A stretch of DNA of 64,000 bases from Eledone cirrhosa (GCA_964016885.1 OZ024740.1:435178001-435242000); one strand, 5' to 3'. Shown: positions 26,301 to 40,293, numbered from the stretch's first letter. Numbers and translations are program-made. Notes: generated from the sequence alone by a model not told the origin.

Positions 26301-29300
26301 ATATATAACAGTTATATAACTGTATACTATCAGACCTCATATATAGCAGTTATATAACTGTATACTATCAGACCTCATATATAGCAGTTATATAACTGTA
26401 TACTATCAGACCTCATATATAGCAGTTATATAAGTGAAGACTATATGACCTTATATATAACAGTTATATAAATGTATACTATCAGACCTCATTTATAGCA
26501 GCTATAGAACTGTATACTATCAGACCTCATATATAACAGTTATATAACTGTATACTATCAGACCTGATCTATAACAGTTATATAACTGTATACTATCAGA
26601 CCTCATATATAGCAGTTATATAACTGTATACTATCAGACCTGATCTATAGCAGTTATAGAACTGTATACTATCAGACCTCATATATAACAGTTATAGAAC
26701 TGTATACTATCAGACCTCATATATAGCAGTTATATAACTGTATACTATCAGACCTCATTTATAGCAGTTATAGAACTGTATACTATCAGACCTCATATGT
26801 AGCAGTTATATAACTGTATACTATCAGACCTCATATATAGCAGTTATATAACTGTATACTATCAGACCTCACATATAACAGTTATATAACTGTATACTAT
26901 CAGACCTCACATATAACAGTTATATAACTGTATACTATCAGTCCTGATCTATCGCAGTTATATAACTGTATACTATCAGACCTCATCTATAGCAGTTATA
27001 TAAGTGTAGACTATCAGACCTCATATGCAGCAGTTATATAACTGTATACTATCAGACCTCATATATAACAGTTATATAACTGTATACTATCAGACCTCAC
27101 ATATAACAGTTATATAACTGTATACTATCAGTCCTGATCTATCGCAGTTATATAACTGTATACTATCAGACCTCATCTATAGCAGTTATATAAGTGTAGA
27201 CTATCAGACCTCATATATAACAGTTATATAACTGTATACTATCAGACCTCATATATAACAGTTATAGAACTGTATACTATCAGACCTCAGTCTACAGTTA
27301 TGTAACTGTTATATATGAGGTCTGATAGTATACAGTTCTATAACAGCTATATATGAGGTCTGATAGTATACAGTTATATAACTTTTATAGATCAGGTATG
27401 ATAGTATACAGTTATATAACTGTTATATATGAGGTCTGATAGTTTACAGTTCTATAACTGCTATATATGAGGCCTGATAGTATACAGTTCTATAACTGCT
27501 ATAGATCAGGTCTGATAGTATACAGGTCTATAACTGTTATATATGAGGTCTGATAGTATACAGTTCTATAACTGTTATATGTGAGGTCTGATAGTATACA
27601 GTTATATAACTGTTATATATGAGGTCTGATAGTATACAGTTATATAACTGCTACATATGAGGTCTGATAGTCTACACTTATATAACTGCTATAGATGAGG
27701 TCTGATAGTATACAGTTATATAACTGCGATAGATCAGGACTGATAGTATACAGTTATATAACTGTTATATGTGAGGTCTGATAGTATACAGTTATATAAC
27801 TGCTATATATGAGGTCTGATAGTATACAGTTATATAACTGTTATATGTGAGGTCTGATAGTATACAGTTATATAACTGCTATATATGAGGTCTGATAGTA
27901 TACAGTTATATAACTGCTACATATGAGGTCTGATAGTATACAGTTCTATAACTGCTATAAATGAGGTCTGATAGTATACAGTTATATATATCAAACCTCA
28001 TATATAGCAATTATATAACTGTATACTATCAGACCTGATATATGCCAGTTATATAACTGTAGACTATCAGATCTCATATATAACAGTTATAGAACTGTAT
28101 ACTATCAGACCTCATATATAGCAGTTATATAACTGTATACTATCAGACCTCATATATAGCAGTTATAGAACTGTATATTATCAGACCTGATCTATAGCAG
28201 TTTTAGAACTGTATACTATCAGACCTCATATATAGCAGTTATAGAACTGTAAACTATCAGACCTGATCTATAACAGTTATATAACTGTATATTATCAGAC
28301 CTGATCTATAGCAGTTATATAACTGTATACTATCAGACCTCATATATAACAGTTATAGAACTGTATACTATCAGACCTCAAATATAACAGTTATAGAACT
28401 GTATACTATCAGAACTCATATATAACAGTTATCGAACTGTATATTATCAGACCTGATCTATAGCAGTTTTAGAACTGTATACTATCAGACCTCATATATA
28501 GCAGTTATAGAACTGTAAACTATCAGACCTGATCTATAACAGTTATATAACTGTATACTATCAGACCTCCCATATAGCAGTTATAGAACTGTATACTATC
28601 AGATCTCACATATAACAGTTATATAACTGTATAATATCAGACCTCATATATAGCAGTTATATAACTGTAGACTGACGTCTAATAGCATACAGTTCTATAA
28701 CTGCTATATATGAGGTCTGATAGTATACAGTTCTATAACTGCTATAGATCAGGTTTGATAGTATACAGTTATATAACTGTTATATATGAGGTCTGATAGT
28801 ATACAGTTCTATTACTGCTATATATGAGGTCTGATAAAATACAGTTCATAAACTGCTATAAATCAGGTCTGATAAAATACAGTTTATAAACTGCTATAGA
28901 TCAGGTCTGATAGTATACAGTTCTATAACCGTTATATATGAGGTCTGATAGTATACAGTTCTATAACTGCTGTAGATCAGGTCTGATAGTATACAGTTAT
29001 ATAACTGTTATATATGAGGTCTGATAGTATACAGTTCTATTACTGCTATAGATCAGGTCTGATAGTATACAGTTATATAACTGTTATATATCAGGTCTGA
29101 TAGCATACAGTTATATAACTGTTATATATGAGGTGATAGTATACAGTTCTATAACTGCTATATATGAGGTATGATAGTATACAGTTCTATAACTGCTATA
29201 GATGAGGTCTGATAGTATACAGTTCTATAACTGCTATAGATCAGGTCTGATAGTATACAGTTCTATAACTGCTATATATGAGGTCTGATAGTATGCAGTT

Positions 29301-29435
29301 ATATAACTGCTATAAATGAGGTATGATAGTATACAGTTATATAACTGCTATATATGAGGTCTGATAGTATGCAGTTATATAACTGCTATAAATGAGGTAT
29401 GATAGTATACAGTTATATAACTGCTATAGATCAGA
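17363..29435. repeat. 38-bp satellite with alternating-orientation blocks, interrupted by an LTR element
   Basis: Unit ctatcagacctcatatata(g/a)cagttatataactgtata; orientation switches near 18790, 19370, 20705, 21400, 22215, 25530, 27295, 27990 and 28670. Confidence 0.95.
22601..25209 (+). mobile_element. Non-autonomous Ty3/Gypsy-type LTR retrotransposon
   Basis: Direct repeats 22601-23113 and 24700-25209 (~510 bp, ~8 substitutions by eye) starting TGTAG. 5' LTR ends ctaaa (degenerate CTACA). PBS-like cggtgaccgacgt at 23115 resembles tRNA-Trp PBS TGGTGACCCCGACGT. Short purine tract ggaggtga before 3' LTR; aataaa within LTR; no long internal ORF. Confidence 0.85.
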
Positions 29436-29989
29436 CAATATGTCAATATGATCAACCCTCCCAAACAATTGTAAAACAATATGAATAGGTAAAGTAACTT
29501 TGTTGTTTTTATTTTCATTGTTAATTTAATGAGTTATTGCTCAATAGCTGGGCTCTTGCCATTTCAACGACAGAGCTCAGCTGTCAGGCAGTAGTCCATT
29601 ACACTCTACTTTGTCAAGTATCAAGTACTAATGGTCTAATTAATAGTCTAAACTGGTAACTCCCAATTTATCTGTCTTCATATTGGAAAATATAGTCACC
29701 TCAATAAGATATTAAAAGTGACATCTTTAAAATGTTTAAAATACAATCAGACATAAAAAGCCACCATATTTAGTAAACTAAGAAACTGTAGGAGTACATC
29801 AGTAACTAAGAGCTGGTTTTGTTAAGTTTAGTCAATTAATTAAAGTGTTAACTTCCTGTCTAGAAGTAATTAACTAGTGTAGAAGTTGTGGCTAAATTTA
29901 TTACAAAACGATGTAATTAACCTGTGGTTTAAAGTGATAGGTAGAGAAAATAAGTGATTGTCTAGAGTAGAGAAACCTTTCAGGGAATA

Positions 29990-30357
29990 TAGTGTGGTGC
30001 GTGTGTGTAGTGTGTATGTGTGGTGTGTATGTGTGGTGTGGTGTGTGTGGTGTGTGGTGTGTATGTGTGATGTGTGGTGTGTATGTGTGATGTGTGCTGC
30101 GTGTGTGGTGTGTAGTGTGTGTGTGTGTGGTGTGTATGTGTGGTGTGGTGTGTATGTGTGATGTGTGGTGCGTGTGTGTGGTGTGTATGTGTATGTGTGG
30201 TGCGTGTGTGTGGTGTGTATGTGTGGTGTGTATGTGTGGTGTGTGTGTGGTGTGGTGTGTGGTGCATGTCTGTGGTGTGGTGTGGTGTGTGGTGTGGGGT
30301 GCATGTGTGTAGTATGTGGGGTGTGTGGTGTGTATGTGTGGTGTGGTGTGTGTGTGT
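29990..30357. repeat. (GT/GTG)n low-complexity tract
   Basis: Direct reading. Confidence 0.9.
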
Positions 30358-30675
30358 TTAAATTACATACAAACCCTAGAGCTGGTGTAGGGAAGTGTGA
30401 AGTTTTCTACCAACAGATGACTCATTTCTAAAGAAAGAAGACCATTAAGAGGGGGGGGGGCAATGGACACCCTTAAGTAATAATTGACAAGTCTTGTATT
30501 ACACACACACACCCAGACCTAACACACACAGCACACACAACACACACACTCTCTCTCATTTTTTTTAACAACATACTGTCACACTTTCACTCAAGTAATT
30601 TTAAATATTAAGAAGGAACAATAGCCCTTGTTAGCAGGGAAACAGAAATTAAATGATGATGATTTATGCTGTTGA

Positions 30676-30745
30676 TATATATATATATATATATAAATAT
30701 ATATATAAATATATATAAATATATATATATAAATATATATATATA

Positions 30746-30777
<32 letters not shown>

Positions 30778-30782
30778 AATAA
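30676..30782. repeat. (TA)n microsatellite
   Basis: Direct reading. Confidence 0.9.
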
Positions 30783-30933
30783 AACATGAAGTCAGAAATA
30801 ACCGTTGGTTACTACAAATAATAGCTTAAAAAATCAGGCAAAATAGCCCTACGTATGGGAAAGAGTGACCAGCAGTCGCTATGAAGAATTGAACTTCATA
30901 TCTTTCAGATACCGGCTGACTACTTAACCTGGA

Positions 30934-31168
30934 GCCATGACAAAACCACCCAGTACCCACTGTAAAGTGGTCATGTTGGTAACATGACAAAAAGCACCCA
31001 GTACACACTGTAAATGTGATTGGCATTAGGAAAGGCATCTAGCTGTAGAAACCAAGCCAAAATCAGTTATGTGGACAAAACACAGTCCTCCGACCTCATC
31101 TCTCACAAAGGGACAGCCCACCCTACCCATGCTAGCAGGGAAAATAGATGTTAAATGAGGATGATATT
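30934..31168 (+). mobile_element. RTE-related 3'UTR/SINE tail with two 48-bp modules
   Basis: catgacaaaa..acccagtac.cactgtaaa twice, then ggcattaggaaaggcatctagctgtagaaa...gttaaatgaggatgat, as in the RTE 3'UTR. Confidence 0.7.
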
Positions 31169-31486
31169 GACGTGTGCGCGTGCGCATATATACATATACA
31201 TATATTAAAGTTACTCGTTTAAAATGTTGGTATTGAGATGAAATTCAATCTTAAGTGACAGACAGAATTCTATCCTGTATTGTTGTGTTATTTAGTTCAA
31301 CATGCTGAAATATAACAAAAGTAATCTTTATATCTTTAATTTATAGTTCTGGGGTCTTTCACTAACATTAGTTAGTATAACATTAGTATAACATCTCTTC
31401 ACTGATGTGTTTATGAAATAATAACTGTCATTGTATTAAATATTTAGAAAACAGTGAAGCCTGCTTCCACCCAGGAAATATACAGA

Positions 31487-34400
31487 AATGGTGTTTAGAC
31501 ATTGTAGGAGCTGGTATGATGGTGTTTAGGCATTGTAGGAGCTGGTAGGATGGTGTTTAGGCATTGTAGGAGCTGGTAGGATGGTGTTTAGGAGCTGGTA
31601 GGTGGTGTTTAGGCACTGTAGGAGCTGGTATGATGGTGTTTAGGCATTGTAGGAGCTGGTAGGATGGTGTTTAGGCACTGTAGGAGCTGGTAGGATGGTG
31701 TTTAGACATTGTAGGAGCTGGTCTGATGGTGTTTAGACATTGTAGGAGCTGGTAGGATGGTGTTTAGACATTGTAGGAGCTGGTAGGATGGTGTTTAGAC
31801 ATTGTAGGAGCTGGTAGGTTGGTGTTTAGACATTGTAGGAGCTGGTAGGATGGTGTTTAGGCACTGTAGGAGCTGGTAGGATGGTGTTTAGACATTGTAG
31901 GAGCTGGTAGGATGGTGTTTAGACATTGTAGGAGCTGGTCTGATGGTGTTTAGACATTGTAGGAGCTGGTAGGATGGTGTTTAGACATTGTAGGAGCTGG
32001 TCTGATGGTGTTTAGACATTGTAGGAGCTGGTATGATGGTGTTTAGGCATTGTAGGAGCTGGTAGGATGGTGTTTAGGCACTGTAGGAGCTGGTAGGATG
32101 GTGTTTAGACATTGTAGGAGCTGGTAGGATGGTGTTTAGGCACTGTAGGAGCTGGTAGGATGGTGTTTATACATTGTAGGAGCTGGTATGATGGTGTTTA
32201 GGCATTGTAGGAGCTGGTAGGATGGTGTTTAGACATTGTAGGAGCTGGTAGGATGGTGTTTAGACATTGTAGGAGCTGGTCTGATGGTGTTTAGACATTG
32301 TAGGAGCTGGTAGGATGGTGTTTAGACATTGTAGGAGCTGGTAGGATGGTGTTTAGACATTGTAGGAGCTGGTAGGTTGGTGTTTAGACATTGTAGGAGC
32401 TGGTAGGATGGTGTTTAGACATTGTAAGAGCTGGTAGGATGGTTTTTAGACACTGTAGGAGCTGGTAGGATGGTGTTTAGACATTGTAGGATGGTGTTTA
32501 GGAGCTGGTATGATGGTGTTTAGACATTGTAGGAGCTGGTAGGATGGTGTTTAGACATTGTAAGAGCTGGTAGGATGGTTTTTAGACACTGTAGGAGCTG
32601 GTAGGATGGTGTTTAGACATTGTAGGAGCTGGTAGGATGGTGTTTAGACATTGTAGGAGCTGGTATGATGCTGTTTAGACATTGTAGAAGCTGGTAGGAT
32701 GGTGTTTAGACATTGTAGGAGCTGGTAGGATGGTGTTTAGACATTGTAGGAGCTGGTAGGATGGTGTTTAGACATTGTAGGAGCTGGTATGATGGTGTTT
32801 AGACATTGTAGGAGCTGCTAGGATGGTGTTTAGACATTGTAGGAGCTGGTAGGATGGTGTTTAGACATTGTAGGAGCTGCTAGGATGGTGTTTAGACATT
32901 GTAGGAGCTGCTAGGATGGTGTTTAGACATTGTAGGAGCTGGTAGGATGGTGTTTAGACACTGTAGGAGCTGCTAGGATGGTGTTTAGACATTGTAGGAG
33001 CTGGTAGGATGGTGTTTAGACATTGTAGGAGCTGCTAGGATGGTGTTTAGACATTGTAGGAGCTGCTAGGATGGTGTTTAGACACTGTAGGAGCTGGTAG
33101 GATGGTGTTTAGACATTGTAGGAGCTGGTAGGATGGTGTTTAGACATTGTAGGAGCTGGTAGGATGGTGTTTAGACATTGTAGGAGCTGGTAGGATGGTG
33201 TTTAGACACTGTAGGAGCTGGTAGGATGGTGTTTAGACATTGTAGGAGCTGGTAGGATGGTGTTTAGACATTGTAGGAGCTGGTAGGATGGTGTTTAGAC
33301 ATTGTAGGAGCTGGTATGATGGTGTTTAGACATTGTAGGAGCTGGTAGGATGGTGTTTAGACATTGTAGGAGCTGGTAGGATGGTGTTTAGACATTGTAG
33401 GAGCTGGTAGGATGGTGTTTAGACATTGTAGGAGCTGGTATGATGGTGTTTAGACATTGTAGGAGCTGCTAGGATGGTGTTTAGACATTGTAGAAGCTGG
33501 TAGGTTGGTGTTTAGACATTGTAGGAGCTGGTAGGATGGTGTTTAGACATTGTAGGAGCTGCTAGGATGTTGTTTAGACACTGTAGGAGCTGGTAGGATG
33601 GTATTTAGACATTGTAGGAGCTGGTAGGATGGTGTTTAGACACTGTAGGAGCTGGTAGGATGGTGTTTAGACATTGTAAGAGCTGGTAGGATGGTGTTTA
33701 GACATTGTAGGAGCTGGTCTGATGGTGTTTAGACACTGTAGGAGCTGGTAGGATGGTGTTTAGACATTGTAGGAGCTGGTAGGATGGTGTTTAGACACTG
33801 TAGGAGCTGGTAGGATGGTGTTTAGATACTGTAGGAGCTGGTAGGATTGTGTTTAGATATTGTAGGAGCTGGTAGGATGGTGTTTAGACATTGTAGGAGC
33901 TGGTAGGATGGTGTTTAGACATTGTAAGAGCTGGTAGGATGGTTTAGACACTGTAGGAGCTGCTAGGATGGTGTTTAGACACTGTAGGAGCTGGTAGGAT
34001 GGTGTTTAGACATTGTAGGAGCTGGTAGGATGGTGTTTAGACATTGTAGGAGCTGGTATGATGGTTTAGACACTGTAGGAGCTGCTAGGATGGTGTTTAG
34101 ACACTGTAGGAGCTGGTAGGATGGTGTTTAGACATTGTAGGAGCTGGTAGGATGGTGTTTAGCCATTGTAGGAGCTGCTAGGATGGTGTTTAGACATTGT
34201 AGGAGCTGCTAGGATGGTGTTTAGACATTGTAGGATCTGCTAGGATGGTGTTTAGACACTGTAGGAGCTGGTAGGATGGTGTTTAGACACTGTAGGAGTT
34301 GGTAGGATGGTGTTTAGACATTGTAGGAGCTGGTATGATGGTGTTTAGACATTGTAAGAGCTGGTAGGATGGTGTTTAGACATTGTAGGAGCTGGTCTGA

Positions 34401-34804
34401 TGGTGTTTAGACACTGTAGGAGCTGGTAGGATGGTGTTTAGACATTGTAGGAGCTGGTAGGATGGTGTTTAGCCATTGTAGGAGCTGCTAGGATGGTGTT
34501 TAGACATTGTAGGAGCTGGTAGGATGGTGTTTAGACATTGTAGGAGCTGGTAGGATGGTGTTTAGACACTGTAGGAGCTGGTAGGATGGTGTTTAGACAC
34601 TGTAGGAGTTGGTAGGATGGTGTTTAGACATTGTAGGAGCTGGTATGATGGTGTTTAGACCCTGTAGGAGCTGGTAGGATGGTGTTTAGACATTGTAGGA
34701 GCTGGTATGATGGTGTTTAGACATTGTAGGAGCTGGTATGATGGTGTTTAGACATTGTAGGAGCTGGTAGGATGGTGTTTAGACACTGTAGGAGCTGGTA
34801 GGAT
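31487..34804. repeat. 31-bp minisatellite (~107 copies)
   Basis: Unit ggtgtttagacattgtaggagctggtaggat. Confidence 0.97.
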
Positions 34805-34845
34805 TTATTACTTGTCATGTGTTTCTCTACAATACTTCCTCCAAA

Positions 34846-37620
34846 AAGTACTCAGTCCACACTGTAAAGTAGTCGTGTTGGTGTCATGACAACAAGTACC
34901 CTGTCCACACTGTAAAGTAGTCGTGTTGGTGTCATGACAACAAGTACCCAGTCCACACTGTAAAGCAGTCGTGTTGGTGTCATGACAACAAGTACCCTGT
35001 CCACACTGTAAAGTAGTCGTGTTGGTGTCATGACAACAAGTACCCAGTCCACACTGTAAAGCAGTCGTGTTGGTGTCATGACAACAAGTACCCAGTCCAC
35101 ACTGTAAAGCAGTCGTGTTGGTGTCATGACAACAAGTACCCAGTCCACACTGTAAAGCAGTCGTGTTGGTGTCATGACAACAAGTACCCAGTCCACACTG
35201 TAAAGCAGTCGTGTTGGTGTCATGACAACAAGTACCCTGTCCACACTGTAAAGCAGTCGTGTTGGTGTCATGACAACAAGTACCCAGTCCACACTGTAAA
35301 GTAGTCGTGTTGGTGTCATGACAACAAGTACCCAGTCCACACTGTAAAGCAGTCGTGTTGGTGTCATGACAACAAGTACCCTGTCCACACTGTAAAGCAG
35401 TCGTGTTGGTGTCATGACAACAAGTACCCTGTCCACACTGTAAAGCAGTCGTGTTGGTGTCATGACAACAAGTACCCTGTCCACACTGTAAAGTAGTCGT
35501 GTTGGTGTCATGACAACAAGTACCCTGTCCACACTGTAAAGTAGTCGTGTTGGTGTCATGACAACAAGTACCCAGTCCACACTGTAAAGCAGTCGTGTTG
35601 GTGTCATGACAACAAGTACCCTGTCCACACTGTAAAGCAGTCGTGTTGGTGTCATGACAACAAGTACCCTGTCCACACTGTAAAGTAGTCGTGTTGGTGT
35701 CATGACAACAAGTACCCTGTCCACACTGTAAAGTAGTCGTGTTGGTGTCATGACAACAAGTACCCAGTCCACACTGTAAAGTAGTCGTGTTGGTGTCATG
35801 ACAACAAGTACCCAGTCCACACTGTAAAGCAGTCGTGTTGGTGTCATGACAACAAGTACCCTGTCCACACTGTAAAGTAGTCGTGTTGGTGTCATGACAA
35901 CAAGTACCCTGTCCACACTGTAAAGTAGTCGTGTTGGTGTCATGACAACAAGTACCCAGTCCACGCTGTAAAGCAGTCGTGTTGGTGTCATGACAACAAG
36001 TACCCTGTCCACACTGTAAAGCAGTCGTGTTGGTGTCATGACAACAAGTACCCTGTCCACACTGTAAAGTAGTCGTGTTGGTGTCATGACAACAAGTACC
36101 CTGTCCACACTGTAAAGCAGTCGTGTTGGTGTCATGACAACAAGTACCCTGTCCACACTGTAAAGCAGTCGTGTTGGTGTCATGACAACAAGTACCCTGT
36201 CCACACTGTAAAGCAGTCGTGTTGGTGTCATGACAACAAGTACCCTGTCCACACTGTAAAGTAGTCGTGTTGGTGTCATGACAACAAGTACCCTGTCCAC
36301 ACTGTAAAGTAGTCGTGTTGGTGTCATGACAACAAGTACCCTGTCCACACTGTAAAGTAGTCGTGTTGGTGTCATGACAACAAGTACCCTGTCCACACTG
36401 TAAAGCAGTCGTGTTGGTGTCATGACAACAAGTACCCTGTCCACACTGTAAAGCAGTCGTGTTGGTGTCATGACAACAAGTACCCTGTCCACACTGTAAA
36501 GTAGTCGTGTTGGTGTCATGACAACAAGTACCCTGTCCACACTGTAAAGTAGTCGTGTTGGTGTCATGACAACAAGTACCCTGTCCACACTGTAAAGCAG
36601 TCGTGTTGGTGTCATGACAACAAGTACCCTGTCCACACTGTAAAGTAGTCGTGTTGGTGTCATGACAACAAGTACCCTGTCCACACTGTAAAGCAGTCGT
36701 GTTGGTGTCATGACAACAAGTACCCTGTCCACACTGTAAAGTAGTCGTGTTGGTGTCATGACAACAAGTACCCTGTCCACACTGTAAAGTAGTCGTGTTG
36801 GTGTCATGACAACAAGTACCCTGTCCACACTGTAAAGTAGTCGTGTTGGTGTCATGACAACAAGTACCCTGTCCACACTGTAAAGTAGTCGTGTTGGTGT
36901 CATGACAACAAGTACCCTGTCCACACTGTAAAGCAGTCGTGTTGGTGTCATGACAACAAGTACCCTGTCCACACTGTAAAGTAGTCGTGTTGGTGTCATG
37001 ACAACAAGTACCCTGTCCACACTGTAAAGCAGTCGTGTTGGTGTCATGACAACAAGTACCCTGTCCACACTGTAAAGTAGTCGTGTTGGTGTCATGACAA
37101 CAAGTACCCTGTCCACACTGTAAAGCAGTCGTGTTGGTGTCATGACAACAAGTACCCTGTCCACACTGTAAAGCAGTCGTGTTGGTGTCATGACAACAAG
37201 TACCCTGTCCACACTGTAAAGTAGTCGTGTTGGTGTCATGACAACAAGTACCCTGTCCACACTGTAAAGTAGTCGTGTTGGTGTCATGACAACAAGTACC
37301 CTGTCCACACTGTAAAGCAGTCGTGTTGGTGTCATGACAACAAGTACCCTGTCCACACTGTAAAGTAGTCGTGTTGGTGTCATGACAACAAGTACCCTGT
37401 CCACACTGTAAAGCAGTCGTGTTGGTGTCATGACAACAAGTACCCTGTCCACACTGTAAAGCAGTCGTGTTGGTGTCATGACAACAAGTACCCTGTCCAC
37501 ACTGTAAAGTAGTCGTGTTGGTGTCATGACAACAAGTACCCTGTCCACACTGTAAAGTAGTCGTGTTGGTGTCATGACAACAAGTACCCTGTCCACACTG
37601 TAAAGCAGTCGTGTTGGTGA
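34846..37620. repeat. 48-bp minisatellite (~58 copies)
   Basis: Unit gtgtcatgacaacaagtaccc(t/a)gtccacactgtaaag(t/c)agtcgtgttg. Confidence 0.97.
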
Positions 37621-38169
37621 ACATTGTTCCATGTGCCATTCCTTCTGTAAGTCAGTAAGGTGAGGTTAGAAGGAAGTGTTTCTAAATAGCAGAGGAAAGT
37701 AAAGCAACTTACTATATCATATTTTTTACCTAAACACAGCCACTACACTTGCTATTAACTGACGTGTACTCTGAACATCGAGTTGCAATTTCACTACTGT
37801 AACCTTATTGATTCATTGAGTGAGAGGGTCATGCCTGGAAATCACTGAAATAACACCAATGACTTTCATAAACCCTGTATATCATGTTTTAGAAAGAAAT
37901 GTTACCCCCCTCCCCCTCCCCGACACACCTGGTTTTCAACTTATAAATTAGTTTACCATTCATTTATTTTATCTATTTCATTTTGAGGTTTTAAACTCCT
38001 ACACATGATGGAAGAAAATACAGAAATTTAGGGGACAAAACCAAACTTATCAGATAAGCAAAGCCTAACCAGGTTTTTTTAGCTGTAGTAAGACACTCTG
38101 TAATAAAGCAGATGGCCATCAAACTATAATATATAGGTCTAGCAATGTTTATGTTTCCTGGCTACTCAT

Positions 38170-38630
38170 ATTCTAAGTATAACCTAACTCTTTGAACTTT
38201 TAATGGAGGCCATTGCCAAATAATATCTACAGTAAGGCTTATTTGTTTTAAGCTAACCCTACAGTTCTTGTTATTGTCAATTATATCCTTCTTTGCCCTA
38301 TTCAACCATTCTCCAGTATCCAGAACTTGGATACAGAGAAAGCCAATCAAAAATTTGTTAGAAAATTTCAAACAGAAAATTGAGCAGATTTAACAGTTAT
38401 ATTGAAGATTCGTCTGTAACTTGTCCAGGTTTTAAAGCCATATAAGTGGGCCATCTATAAGTTTAGATGTCTCAAATCCTGACCTTCTTACACCTGTCTT
38501 CTCAGACTATTAATGATTCCACTGGTACATTCTATCTAATGTTAGATCAATAACTTCATCAATAACTGTATTTTGTGAAAGGTTCACTACCCAAATATTG
38601 GAAGTTCTCTATATTTTCCACGATACAACT
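38170..38630 (-). mobile_element. Highly decayed RTE (BovB-like) RT fragment
   Basis: Minus-strand remnants IENFQYLGS and HLYGFKTWTSYRR (compare LLYGSETWT.YRR). Confidence 0.5.
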
Positions 38631-39144
38631 TCCTCAACAATTGCCATTTCCATACTGGAGGAATAAACACAATTTAATAACTTCATGAATGACTATAAAA
38701 TCATTAGAAAAACACAACAAATATTTAAAAATAGAAAAGGAAGGAAAAAGCAAGGATTCTAGGACCACAGAAGAATGGGAGGGTGATGGGGTGCAGTGGT
38801 GCTGGGGCTGCTTCCATCTCCCAGATGTCACAGAAAATGATTCACCCTCCCCCACATACAGACACATGCATGTGGTTAGTGTGGAGAAGCTGTTGTACAG
38901 GAGTTTCCACACATTCTTGACAATGAGACAGGCCACAGTCCAAAGACAACTGGTCCAAGGCGGAGACAACTTTACAATCATCCATCCACTTTTGTTTGTT
39001 CCAGTTAAACCCCCAGATATTACTGGTACTTATTTACAGATGAGTAAAATGGAGCAACGTGAAATGAAGTGTTTTACTCAAGAACACAACACAACCAAAT
39101 CCAGGAATAAGGGAGTTTTTAATTATTTGGTCATTATGAAGAAC

Positions 39145-40293
39145 TCACTCCTGGGAAGTTCCCACCAACACAACATGACCCACTCCTGGGAAGTTCCCAC
39201 CAACACAACAAGACCCACTCCTGGGAAGTTCCCACCAACACAACATGACCCACTCCTGGGAAGTTCCCACCAACACAACATGACCCATTCCTGGGAAGTT
39301 CCCACCAACACAACAAGACCCATTCCTGGGAAGTTCCCACCAACACAACAAGACCCACTCCTGGGAAGTTCCCACCAACACAACATGACCCACTCCTGGG
39401 AAGTTCCCACCAACACAACATGACCCATTCCTGGGAAGTTCCCACCAACACAACAAGACCCACTCCTGGGAAGTTCCCACCAACACAACATGACCCATTC
39501 CTGGGAAGTTCCCACCAACACAACATGACCCATTCCTGGGAAGTTCCCACCAACACAACAAAACCCACTCCTTGGAAGTTCCCACCAACACAACATGACC
39601 CATTCCTGGGAAGTTCCCACCAACACAACATGACCCACTCCTGGGAAATTCCCACCAACACAACATGACCCATTCCTGGGAAGTTCCCACCAACACAACA
39701 TGACCCACTCCTTGGAAGTTCCCACCAACACAACATGACCCATTCCTGGGAAGTTCCCACCAACACAACATGACCCATTTCTGGGAAGTTCCCACCAACA
39801 CAACATGACCCATTCCTGGGAAGTTCCCACCAACACAACAAGACCCATTCCTGGGAAGTTCCCACCAACACAACAAGACCCATTCCTGGGAAGTTCCCAC
39901 CAACACAACATGACCCACTCCTGGGAAGTTCCCACCAACACAACATGACCCACTCCTGGGAAGTTCCCACCAACACAACATGACCCATTCCTGGGAAGTT
40001 CCCACCAACACAACAAGACCCACTCCTGGGAAGTTCCCACCAACACAACATGACCCATTCCTGGGAAGTTCCCACCAACACAACATGACCCATTCCTGGG
40101 AAGTTCCCACCAACACAACATGACCCATTCCTGGGAAGTTCCCACCAACACAACATGACCACTCCTGGGAAGTTCACAGCAACACAACACGACCCACTCC
40201 TGAGAAGTTCCCACCAACACAACATGACCCACTCCTGGGAAGTTCCCACCAACACAACATGACCCACTCCTGGGAAGTTCCTAACACAACATG
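39145..40293. repeat. 35-bp minisatellite (~33 copies)
   Basis: Unit ccca(c/t)tcctgggaagttcccaccaacacaaca(t/a)ga. Confidence 0.97.

Noticed and set aside
34808-37639. 943-aa Cys-rich ORF (LQCGQGTCCHDTNTTT)n and 926-aa overlapping ORF
   Set aside because: By-product of a stop-free 48-bp (multiple of 3) minisatellite; two frames are open and the monomer derives from a retroelement UTR
37712-37836. Minus-strand segment bounded by ttccag acceptor and gtaagt donor
   Set aside because: Its ATG ATA TA spliced to the 9482 exon would create TAG; no EVI5-like peptide found; could at most be a non-coding exon
5169-40293. Regular 31-52-bp periodicities resembling CRISPR arrays
   Set aside because: Head-to-tail monomers with no unique spacers, no cas genes, eukaryotic context
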